Source: Octopus sinensis
Lineage: Eukaryota
Assembly (NCBI RefSeq): GCF_006345805.1
Contig: NW_021836449.1
Span: forward strand, 1 to 24,110
Reading direction: 5' to 3'
DNA length: 24,110 nt
Positions 1 through 10,276 of this stretch are shown here, piece after piece. The stretch's first letter is position 1. Every line of letters begins with the position of its first letter. Made by a program: the position numbers and the translations under genes. The notes under the pieces are model-generated. The model had not been told where the DNA came from. It searched no databases and saw only the letters and a program-made list of their open reading frames with translations.

Positions 1-9
1 TAATGATGC

Positions 10-41
10 TGATGATATATATATATGTATGTGTGTGTGTA

Positions 42-139
<98 letters not shown>

Positions 140-155
140 CACACACACATATATA
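10..155. repeat. Compound (TA)n/(TG)n/(CA)n microsatellite
   Basis: Directly visible dinucleotide runs. Confidence 0.95.
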
Positions 156-432
156 TCCGTATTGATTTAATGATTTAGACACTGCTCATGTTTACAAATT
201 CCGGTATGCTTTATTGTCATCTGTGTAGACCATAACGTCACATTTAATGATTGACTCCAAATTACAGGTAACACCAAAGTTGTTACCTGTGTTTATGAAT
301 GCGTTGTAGCATGTCTAATGGGAAAAGTGATTATGGTGTTAGATATTATGTTCCTAAATGATATTCCGGCATGTGTAAGTGTATGAATGTGATGGGACTG
401 TGTATGTATTTGAGTGTATAGGGGTGTGTGTG

Positions 433-575
433 TCATCATCATCATTATTGTTTAACGTTCGCTTTCCATGTTGGCATCGGTTGGAGGTTTTAACTAAGGA
501 CTAGCAAGCCTGTAGGCTCCAATCTGATTTGGCAAGGCTTCTACAGCTGGATGCCTTCCTAATGCCAACCACTCC
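433..575 (-). mobile_element. SINE 3' fragment (family with (GAT)n tail), inverted relative to the copy at 1996-2312
   Basis: Reverse complement matches 2150-2310 (gtggttggcattaggaagg(g)catc...catgccagcatggaaagc...ttaaac + gat repeats). Confidence 0.8.
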
Positions 576-802
576 AAGGTATGTATGGATATAGTTCCAG
601 CTTACATCGTTCTTTTACTCAGGGTTTTATACCTTTATCCTCACACATTTCTCAGGGAATGTTGGCTGATAGAATGGATTCTCTTCAATGGTTTGGTAGG
701 AGAAGGTCTGTTTAAGGATGAACAATGTCTAAAAAACAGAATAATACCTTGTGTACTATGTATATATATATATGTAATATATGATATATGGTATATGATA
801 TA

Positions 803-835
<33 letters not shown>

Positions 836-839
<4 letters not shown>

Positions 840-1045
840 ATCTCTTGAGCACCACCAGCAAAAATATTTTTTTCCTCTGTCTTCCCTTCTTGGGATCTTT
901 CCTTCTCCTTGTTTCCGACGAAGAGCTCCGCTCGAAACGTTAAACCCTCCTTCCCTTCTTTCCTGAGCGTCAAATAATACTTTAATTGTTCCACGTCCTC
1001 GCGTTGCTGTGTTTTTTTCTGTGTTTTCTTGTTTGGATTAACTTT
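836..1045 (+). mobile_element. Short non-coding element, probable Penelope-like terminal repeat (pLTR) remnant
   Basis: Pyrimidine-rich block between (TA)n runs that contains a minimal hammerhead-type motif at 911-945. Confidence 0.55.
911..945 (+). ncRNA. Minimal type I hammerhead ribozyme motif (U4C variant)
   Basis: Stem I gttt/aaac; core CCGACGA plus an extra a; stem II gagc-tcc-gctc; GAA; palindromic stem III ACGT; cleavage triplet GUU. Confidence 0.6.
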
Positions 1046-1052
1046 ATATATA

Positions 1053-1093
<41 letters not shown>

Positions 1094-1096
1094 CAC

Positions 1097-1504
1097 AGGT
1101 GTAGGAGTTGCTGTGTAGTAAGTAGCTTGCTTACGAAAAACATGGTTCCAGGTTCAGTCCCACTGCATGGCACCTTGGGCAAGTGCCGTCTACTATAGCT
1201 TCGGGCTGACCAAAGCCTTGTGAGTAGATCTGGTAGGCGGAAACTGAAAGAAGCTTGTCATAAATATGTATATATATGTGTGTGTGTATACGTTTGTGTG
1301 TCTGTGTTTGTCCCCCCACCCAACATCGCTTGACAACCGATGCTGGTTGTTTATGTCCACGTAACATAGTGAGTGGTTTGGCAAAAGAGAACGATAGAAT
1401 AAGTACTAGGCTTACAAAGAATAAGTCCTCGGGGCGATTTGATCGACTAAAGGCGGTGCTCCAGCATGGCTGCAGTCAAATGACTGAAACAAGTAAAAGA
1501 GTAA
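1097..1504 (+). mobile_element. tRNA-headed bipartite SINE (CORE-like segment, central TA/TG microsatellite), family A
   Basis: A-box-like gctgtgtagtaag, B-box-like ggttcagtcc, caccttgggcaagt core-like motif, tail ...actgaaacaagtaaaagag; homologous to four or more other copies in the window. Confidence 0.9.
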
Positions 1505-1520
1505 TATATATATATCTATT

Positions 1521-1670
1521 GTGAAGGCACATGGCTTAGTAGTTAGGGTGTTGCACTTATGAGCTTATGTGTACACAAACATTTGAACGCCAATAAACAA
1601 ATCATGTGTCATTGTGTGGCAAGAAATTGCCGAACCCTCACATAGATTGTCTAACAATGATTGAGTCCAT
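1521..1670 (+). mobile_element. Degenerate SINE fragment with tRNA-like head
   Basis: gaaggcacatggcttagtagttagggt resembles a tRNA A-box head; the rest is truncated. Confidence 0.4.
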
Positions 1671-1995
1671 GATATATATATATATATATATAACTAGCTA
1701 GATAGATAGAAAGATATATTTATGCATGTAAGTATTTGTGAATCTGTGATCTCACTGCCCAGTAGGTGGAGCAACATAAGCTTTGTCATTAAAATCAAGT
1801 AGATGGAAGCTGTACAAGTCCATTGGATGGACTGCCCTTGCAGTGTATCACTCAACTTTCCCATCAACTCAATGTGTTTGTCTTTTAGTTGATTAACCCC
1901 TAAACGGCAAGAAAGAGTTTCATGAATGTGTGTCAAATGGGCAAAAAGCAAAAAAAAAATTTTTTCTTAGGGATAATTTTTACACTTATTTTCAA

Positions 1996-2312
1996 GTAAA
2001 AAGCACCATTTGAGCATGGTCGTTGCCAGTGTTGCCTGACTGGCTACTGTGTTGGTGGCACATAAAAAGCATCGTTCAAGCGTGGCCATTGCCAGTACTG
2101 CCCAACTGGCCCTTGTGCCTGTGGCATGTAAAAAGCACCCACTACACTCTCAGAGTGGTTGGCATTAGGAAGGGCATCTAGCTGTAGAAACTCTGCCAGA
2201 TCAGATTGGAGCCTGGTGCAACCTTCTGGCTTACCAGTCCTCAATCAAATCATCCAACCCATGCCAGCATGGAAAGCAGGTGTTAAACGATGACGACGAC
2301 GATGATGATGAT
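1996..2312 (+). mobile_element. SINE 3' part with an internal 66-bp tandem unit and (GAC/GAT)n tail
   Basis: Units start at 1996, 2062 and 2128 ((g/a)taaaaagca); the second homologous copy is at 433-575. Confidence 0.8.
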
Positions 2313-2325
2313 TATATATGTAGTG

Positions 2326-3090
2326 TCAATTCTTAATGAAATTAGTAGACAATCAACACTACTAAGCAACAAGAAAAGAACGAAAATATTATGCAAATAC
2401 AACATTACAGCAAATGATTTACCTGAGGTTAAAGAAAAGCTAAAGCAAGATATTCTTGCCAAGCACAAAGGATCCGCCGGTATGAGAAACGCCAACGTTT
2501 CTTTGAACAAAACAAACAGTTCAACTCCAACCCCCAAAAATTCTACCTAGAACTTGGCAAAAATAAAACAGACATCAATGCAGCACCAACAGCAGAAGAC
2601 GGGTAGATTTTTGGAAAGAAATATGGTCGGCGAAGGAACAACCTCAGAAAAGGATTATTAATACAACGAACTTAGCACCTGAACAACTCTGGCCCCCTAT
2701 AACAACTGAAGAGGTCACCCAGGCACTGCAAAGACTAAGCAACTCGAAGGCACCTGGACATGACAAAATGCCCAACTTCTGGTTAAAATATCTGACAGGA
2801 ATACACAAAAAGCTGGCTGAAAACTTTAACGACATACTAGCAGAACCAGAGACAATGCCTGAATGGCTCACGAAAGGGAAAACTATCCTAATTTCCAAAT
2901 CAACTGAAATGGCACAACCACAAAACTACAGACTTATAACCTGTCTCCCTACAATTTACAAAGCCTTTACTGCAATAATATCGCAAAGATTGAGCAAGCA
3001 TCTGGAAGAAAACAACCTGTTTCCAGAAGAGCCGAAGGGATGTTGCAAGAGTTCACACGGCTGTAAAGATCATCTAATGATCAATAAAGC
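2326..3090 (+). pseudogene. Frameshifted R4/Dong-clade non-LTR retrotransposon fragment (pre-RT region and RT N-terminal motifs)
   Basis: Across frames: AQRIRRYEKRQRFFEQNKQF..FYLEL, FWKEIW, KAPGHDKMPNFWLK, PEWLTKGKTILI, NYRLITCLPTIYK, KGC..SHGCKDHLMINKA. These are typical of R4-clade RTs. The fragment is cut at 3091 by an LTR-like element. Confidence 0.85.
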
Positions 3091-3516
3091 TGTAGGAGAA
3101 TATGATGTTGGCACTTGTTGGGTGCCTCACATTTCCTTTCATAATTGTAAAAAGGAAAATTGCAGGAACACGAATCTCCGAACAAATAAACAATAATTTA
3201 TTTTCACCGAAGTAAGCATTTCATCTCTGGTCATCTGTAGCCTAGACGCCTGGGGGTGGAAACAGCAGAGTCGGTTTAAATCACAATTGTTGAAGGCATT
3301 CTTCACAGCTTGCCAAGTCGTATTCCTCCTTCACTCGGAGCTTGTCTGGTCGCGTCTGGTTCTCTCGCAGGAGCAAGCAAAAAGAGAGAGAATAGCGGTC
3401 TTGCCTAGCTGCTGCTGATGACTGCGCATGCGCAAAGGGACTTCCGGAAGACACTAATCCTTGCGCATGCGCAGATGAAGACCCCAAAATGGCATCTGGA
3501 ACCTGGCGTCACTACA
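3091..3516 (-). mobile_element. LTR-like element A (426 bp, TG...CA)
   Basis: Terminal inverted TGTAG...CTACA; AATAAA on the minus strand at 3197-3202; promoter-like motifs near the minus-strand 5' end; interrupts the LINE ORF. The TSD is imperfect (aagc / agc). Confidence 0.7.
3423..3473. promoter_or_regulatory. NRF1-type palindromes (TGCGCATGCGCA x2) flanking an ETS-type site (CCGGAAG)
   Basis: Exact motifs at 3423-3434, 3441-3450 and 3462-3473, repeated at 3889-3952 in element B. Motif match only; function untested. Confidence 0.5.
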
Positions 3517-3549
3517 AGCCACCCCCCTTGAGCACGAGAATATAAAGAT

Positions 3550-3989
3550 TGTAGTGACACCAGAAACAATATGGCTACCGATCACCCACAAGATGTGGTA
3601 CAAAATATGACAACTCAAGAAAGAAGTGTAATTACAATATAAATGAGCATGCACAAAGATAAATTTTCCAAAAATGTTCAATAACAAAACGTTGAAATGT
3701 CCAGCACACAACAGAACACCTGTTTATACACACTTACACATTATGTATGCAGGACGGCTCAGCTTAGTATTGTTCTGTATATTATCTGAGACTTGTGTCT
3801 AATCGGTAGCCATCTTGTTTCTGGTTCTCTCGGTAGCAGGAAGCAAAAAGCGAGAGAATAGCGGTCTTGCCTAGCTGCTGCTGATGACTGCGCATGCGCA
3901 TGAGGGACTTCCGGCAGGCCTTCAAGAAGACACTCAGCCTTGTGCATGCGCGGATGAAAACCCCAAAATGACGCCTGGAACCTGGCGTC
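3550..3989 (-). mobile_element. LTR-like element B sharing its 5' ~160 bp with element A
   Basis: 3821-3989 is a diverged copy of 3356-3510. The left end reads tgtagtgacaccag, and the right end stops at ...ctggcgtc where a SINE begins. Confidence 0.6.
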
Positions 3990-4192
3990 TTTTTTACTCT
4001 CTTTTACTTGTTTCAGTCATTTGACTGCGGCCATGCTGGAGCACCGCCTTTAGTCGAGAGGAAATAGACTCCAGGACTTATTCTTTGTAAGCCCAGTACC
4101 TATTCTATCGGTCTCTTTTGCCGAACCGCTAAGTTACGGGGAAGTAAACACACCAGCATCGGTTGTCAAGCGATGTTGGGGGTACAAACACA

Positions 4193-4225
<33 letters not shown>

Positions 4226-4242
4226 CACACACGCACACACAC

Positions 4243-4279
<37 letters not shown>

Positions 4280-4435
4280 CGACGGGCTTCTTTCAGTTTC
4301 CACCTATCAAATCTACTCACAAGGCTTTGGTCAGCCCGAGGCTATAGTAGACGGCACTTGCCCAAGGTGCCACGCAGTGGGACTGAACCTGGAACCACGT
4401 GGTTGGTAAGCAAGCAACTTACCACACAACCACTC
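3990..4435 (-). mobile_element. Family A SINE, near full length
   Basis: Reverse complement of 1097-1504 across head, core, microsatellite and tail. Confidence 0.9.
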
Positions 4436-4477
4436 TTTATTTTTTTATTTTGTAAGTATATTCATGGTACCCAAGAT

Positions 4478-4509
<32 letters not shown>

Positions 4510-5039
4510 GAACAAAAAAAATCATAGTGTAGGAAAGGTCATGGTTGGATTGCCTTTGATTGCAGGTCTTAACAATCAAGGCCTAATTGGAAATTGAATT
4601 ACATTAATAACAACACACATACTTGCACATTGTACAAATGCACTCCCCACACACGTGTACATGTACACAAACGGACACATTCACACACAAACATAAAAAA
4701 GATACATTGACTAGTGTAGTCCCTAAAATACAAAGAGATTGGATGGTCATAACTGGAAAGCCTTTGATCATACAATCAAAGTAGATGTAAGCTACAATCT
4801 AAGCTTTAACTTTTGAAAAGGCGAAAATAAAAAAAAATCTTACCTCAAGAGCATCAGTAGGGCAAGTGAGGAAAGTCTGCATCTAACACTTTATCTACTT
4901 CAAAATACAGCCAATCAAATACTTTCGTTTTAAAATTTATCAGTGACAGGATATTTCATGATTTATGAGTTTAGATAAATTGATGGCTGTGTGGATGGGG
5001 GAAGAGAAAAGGAAACAAATACTTAAATATAAATATATT

Positions 5040-5254
5040 GATTTCAAATTTTGACACAAGGCCAGCAATTTCGGGGAAGTGGTTAAGTCGATTACATCGA
5101 CCTCAGTGCTCAACTAGTATTTGTCTTATCCACACCGAGAGGATAAAAGGCAAAGTCCACCTTGGTGAAATTTGAACTAAGAACATAAAGGCGGGTGAAA
5201 CGTCGCTAAGTATTTTTTCTTGGTGGATTAACGATTCTGCCCGCTTGCCGCCTT
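5040..5254 (-). mobile_element. tRNA-headed SINE, family B
   Basis: Reverse complement of aaggcggcgagctggcagaa...gagttcaaattcc...ttaagtacc...ggggtcgat, as at 19097-19307. Confidence 0.85.
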
Positions 5255-5274
5255 AGAATAATCGATTCTATTGG

Positions 5275-5453
5275 TTTCTAATTTGGGAACAGGGCCAGCA
5301 ATTTCGGAGTAAGGGATTAAGTCGATTACGACTCTGAAAGGACGGAAGGCAAAGTCGATACCAGTGGAATTTTCTCTCGGAACATAAAGGCGGACGAGAT
5401 GTCGCTAAGCATTTTGCTTAGCGTACTAACGATCCTGCCAACTTGCCGCCCTA
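5275..5453 (-). mobile_element. Family B SINE, internally deleted
   Basis: Homologous to 5040-5254. Confidence 0.8.
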
Positions 5454-5477
5454 GAAAGAATGATAAGCAATTCAAAC

Positions 5478-5568
5478 CTCTATGAAATTTGAACTCAGAA
5501 GATATGAAGCCAGGAGAAATGCCGCTAATCAACTTTGCGGCATGTTAACGATTCTGCCAGCTCGCCTC
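5478..5568 (-). mobile_element. Family B SINE, 5' half
   Basis: tttgaactcagaa...aacgattctgccagctcgcc matches the family head. Confidence 0.75.
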
Positions 5569-5944
5569 ATTCACTTAAATAAATATATTAGTTTATATGT
5601 TTATGTGTGTATGTATTTGTGTTGTGTGGTTATTATGTGCCTGCTAAAGTATATTCTTTTATTACATATACGGTGGAAGTCAACTTGTGACCAAGTAAGA
5701 CCGCTTCCTAAACTTAGTAAATGTTCATGCAAATGTTCTGAGAGTCAAGAAGTTTCTGTGTGTTTACATACATACATACACACAACCACACACACACACA
5801 CACACACCACACACACACACACACACACACCACACACACACACACACACCCACACACCACACACACACACCACACACACAATATATAATATTATATATAT
5901 AATATATATACGAAAGAAGGTTTGAAAATGCAATTTTAAAGATG

Positions 5945-7465
5945 AAATGTTCCTTGCTTTGGTTAGGTCTTTTCATGAAGACATGAATGGTAGGGTGAAT
6001 GTTAGAGGGAAAATGTCGGAGCCCATTTCAATACAAAATGGAGTGAAACAGAGGGGTATTCTGGCACCGACCCTTTTTCTAAATATTTTGCGATGGTGTT
6101 CTGTATAGCATTAGGAAACTGCAGACACTGTGTTTATATCCATTATCGAACCTCTGGCAGCATTTTAATATCAGGCGCTTTGCTGCAAAAACAAAGGTAT
6201 TTACCTCTATCATAAGAGACCTTTTGTATGCAGATGATTGTGAGCTAGTAGCACACACAGAGTGATATGCAAACACATTTTGAATGCATTCTCTGATGCT
6301 TGCACTGCCTTAGGATTGACAGTCAATCTAAAGAAAATGTTGTCATGCTTCAACCTGCCCCTGGTAAGCAGTATAGTGTACCAAATATCTATGGTGTATG
6401 GTAAACGACTTGGTGTAGTTGATCAGCTTGTCTACCTGGGAAGCACTATTAATAGATATAGCAATTTGGATGATGAAATTCCATATAGAATTAGGAAAGC
6501 AAGTGTTGCTTTCGGAAGGCTAGAAAAGCACCTCTGGAGTCGGCGAGACATATGTAGAAAGACAAAGATAAAGGTGTACAAGGCATGTGTGCTCCCTTCT
6601 CTTCTCTATGCCTGCGAGACGTGGGTCACATATCGATACCACCTTAAACAACTGGAACGTTTCCATCAGATGTGTCTTAGACGGATCTATGGCATTAAGT
6701 GGAAGGACCGCATCAGTGATCTTGAAATATTGGAAGGCTCTCGGTGTGAAAGTATAGAAGCTCTTGTGTTAAAGCAAAGGCTCAGATAGAGTGGTCATCT
6801 GGTCAGGATGAAGGATTCAAGGATGCCAAAACAACTCTTTTATGGAGAGTTAGCTAAAGGAGAACGACCTCCATATAAACCAAAAAAGAGGTATAAGGAC
6901 TTGCTGAAGGTTTCCTTAAGAGATGCTTGCATCTCTCCTGACACATGGGAAGGCATAGCTATTGATCGTAGCAGGTGGAGAAAGATTGTGCACGAGGGGA
7001 CAGCCACTTTTGAGAAATCTCGAGTTGCACACGAGAAAGTAAGGAGGGATGTCAAGAAGGGCATCGTTGATGCACTTCCAGATGGGAAGGGTCTTCCTAT
7101 GATGCTGACATGCAGTGTCTGTGCAAGACCCTGCCTCAGTAAAGCTGAGTCATCTTCGTAGTCATAAAGCGAGACAGATGAGTGACAACCTGGCAACAGG
7201 TGGTGGTGTAACACACCATACTAATCATATCTGTCGGGCATGCGGAAGAGAGTGTAATTCGGCAGGAGGACTTAAACGACATGCAAAGGTACATGGAGCC
7301 CAGTTACAACTACAGCCGGCTATTACCGGTAAAGGTTTTAGTTGCCAATTTTGTACAAGACATTGTAGATCTTTAGCTGGGCTAAAAAGTCACATTCGAT
7401 CACAGCACCAGTAACAGTTAAGCTTCGTGCAATGGCCATACTCGATAACGAGGGGGCAGTCATCA
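5945..7465 (+). pseudogene. 5'-truncated RTE-clade LINE (RT C-terminal half, thumb, three C2H2 fingers, 3' UTR)
   Basis: GVKQ.G.LAPTLF, LLYADD (tat gca gat gat at 6227-6238), GLTVNLKK, YLGS, KTKIKVYKACVLPSLLYACETW, RMPKQLFYGEL, DRSRWR. It carries frameshifts and a W-to-stop at 6787-6789. A 3' stem-loop ctcg-ataa-cgag precedes the microsatellite tail. Confidence 0.92.
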
Positions 7466-7473
7466 TATGTATG

Positions 7474-7523
<50 letters not shown>

Positions 7524-7552
7524 ATATTATATATAGTATGTATGTATATATG

Positions 7553-7588
<36 letters not shown>

Positions 7589-7689
7589 TACGATAGATAT
7601 GTATATATGTCTATATATATTCATACATATATCTATATATAGAGATATATATATATATACATATCTATCATATATATATATATATATAT

Positions 7690-7729
<40 letters not shown>

Positions 7730-7763
7730 TATCATATATATATAATCATATACACACACGCAC

Positions 7764-7799
<36 letters not shown>

Positions 7800-7810
7800 G
7801 TGTATATAAT
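7466..7810. repeat. Compound (TA)n/(GA)n/(CA)n microsatellite
   Basis: Directly visible. Confidence 0.95.
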
Positions 7811-8044
7811 ACTGCAGTCAACTATACATGTGAAGACTCGATGTTACATTGGCTACATTTCCGACTGGTAGAGAACGGTGAATGCCTAACAATATTCAAG
7901 ATGCCAGGAACCTAATTCTTCACTCGATCCAACTCAACAGTTCCGCGAGAGAATCAATCTGCAGAAACATGGATCACACAAACGCTGACGTCACCTGTTT
8001 TCCATCCGGAATCTATGAAAAGACTGCAATTTCCGCATACCGCC

Positions 8045-8478
8045 GGCGTGGCTGTGTGGTAAGTAGGTGCAGGAGTGGCTGTTTGGTAAGTAGCTTGCTA
8101 ACCAGTCTCATGGTTCCGGATTCAGTCCCACTGCGTGGCAGCTACGGCAAGTGTCTTCTACTAAAGTCTCGGGTCGTCCAAAGTCTTGTGAGTAGATTTG
8201 GTAAATGGAAACTGAAAGAAGCCCGTCGTATATGTATATATGTTGTGTGTGTGTGTGTGTGTGCGTGTGTGTATTTCTGTGTATGTCCCTTCCACCATCG
8301 CTTGACAACCGATGTTGGTGTGTTTACGTCCCCGTAACTTAGTGGTTCGGCAAAGAGGCCAATAGAATAAGTACTAGTTTTACAAAACATAAGTCCTGGG
8401 GTTAACTTGTTCGAGTAAAGGCGGTGCTCCAGTATGGCCGCAGTCAAATCACTGAAACAAATAAATGAATAAAAGAAT
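8045..8478 (+). mobile_element. Family A SINE with duplicated 5' head
   Basis: gtggctgtgtggtaagtag is followed by gtggctgtttggtaagtag; the body and tail match family A. Confidence 0.88.
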
Positions 8479-10276
8479 ACCAAAGTCTCTGCATAGAGCG
8501 AGTTGGCAGAAGATGACCGTTCGAACCAATGGAACGCTTTCCTTTCACCAGAAGCGGAAAAGGAAACGCTCCAACGGGGCCAAACGAAAACTGGGGCAGG
8601 ACACGATGATCAGTTGATAATAAATAACGATGATGATGGTGTATGCATTCATGGTACATATTGGTTATCTCACCCCCATTGAAAAATTAGGTTATCTTCC
8701 CCGTTTTATGAAAAATATCGGTACTCTTGGTTATCTCCCCCCACCTAATAAAATTGTTTAACCCCCAATAAAACAAAGAAAAAAAGAAAATGAATGAATT
8801 AATAAACATGAAAACGGAAGCAAATAAATAGGAAAACTGAAAAAATTAAATATCTTATAGAATCTGATAACATTTTTATAACAAATACCATGCCTATTGA
8901 GGAGGCCAAATGTCAACAATATGTTGAAGTATTAAATCAGAAGGATATCTTTTAATCCAATCTCTTGTCGCTACACAAACATAAACTCAACTGTTTAGTG
9001 GGAAGATAACCCAATTTTTTTTAATGGTAATTTTACTTCTCTGCTTGCGATTTATGTCTATTGCTTTCGGCAGTTCCCTAATATAACTATCCATGATACA
9101 ATGGCAGACGTCTGACCATTTCCCTAATGCCTTCCAAACTACTTAGAGCCTCTACAACTTTCTAGAAGCCATTCCCAAACGTCATACAAAGTTTGTGAGT
9201 ACCAAAGTCGGCAAAGAAATCTCAGTGACTTTACATCTCAAAATCTTACAACAAATATTGTAGATATGAGGATTTAAACGCACTGACAGAGTAATTAACT
9301 CATATCGTAAAAGAATTACTCGTCTTGTCAGATGTTCGAAAACATATACGAATCGCAAGGCATTATCGAATGTGTTACGATTATGACGTTTTAATTGGAT
9401 TAGGTGTACTAAAGATACACAGCATCACACAAATAACCTTAACAAATATGTTCAGGGAAAAGCTCTAGATAATATTACTGCCACAATAGTTAACTAAAGA
9501 AACTGATATTTAGTTAAGGAAGCTCTTGATAACGGCAGAAATGAAGAAAAAAAATGAAAGCGTTTGGAAATGCTCTGAAAAGTTAAGTGAAACTATGAAA
9601 CAAATCATCCAGGGCAAGCGATTCTCATCCAAAGAAGCAAATGCTTTTCGGTTGAAAAAGGAATGATACGTTGATTACAAATCTCGGTTGGTAAAACAGA
9701 ACCGGAAGTGTCTCACAACCAGTTTACCAAAGAGTGATTTCGAATATCTACCTATCATTTCAGTCTAGGTAAGTTCACTGTCTAAACGGATTTACGGTTT
9801 ATGATAATGACCCAAGCATACGATGATTCAGGTGAGCATTATCAACTTCTTGCATCCTAGTATAGTGTTGATTTGGATTTCCTGAAGTTATAAAAGACAC
9901 TCTACACACAATTTGTCTTGGAAGATATGCATCCATCAAGTTCACTGGCGATTGGTGTTATTGAAACTGTTTCCACGAATAGTCTTAATGGCGGCGTAGT
10001 ACTAGTCTTCAACAAAATCATTGGTATATTGACACCATGCCTCCTACATCGCATTCTCCAAAGTACTCTTTCAGCGGCCTCAGGCAAATATGACATATCT
10101 GAAGAATTAAATAAGTCAAACACGCTCTAACAGTGCAACAATATTAAACATTGAGCGAAAATATACCAACATGTCTGTTGGTAAAGTTTGGAGAAAAGTA
10201 ATATTCTTGCGGCGAAGAAGGGTTAATAAATATTTCTTTTACGATGCCTTTTGTGTGATTTGTGGTTACTCTAAAT

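Noticed and set aside
264-290. 10-bp stem hairpin acaggtaaca/tgttacctgt
   Set aside because: It is short and isolated, and there is no supporting context to distinguish it from chance.
1097-1170. tRNA-like sequences at SINE heads (also 8070, 17020-17092, 19097)
   Set aside because: A/B boxes are present but there is no complete cloverleaf, and each continues into a SINE body.
1996-2140. Regularly spaced repeats as a CRISPR-like array
   Set aside because: These are whole-unit tandem repeats without unique spacers, inside a eukaryotic SINE.
287-4876. Possible minus-strand micro-exons (4844-4876, about 1746-1899, 287-314)
   Set aside because: Splice-like motifs are present, but the phases of the first two cannot be joined without a stop and no protein similarity is recognisable.
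9902-10130. Overlapping short ORFs on both strands
   Set aside because: No recognisable motifs or flanking splice structure; possibly old transposon debris.
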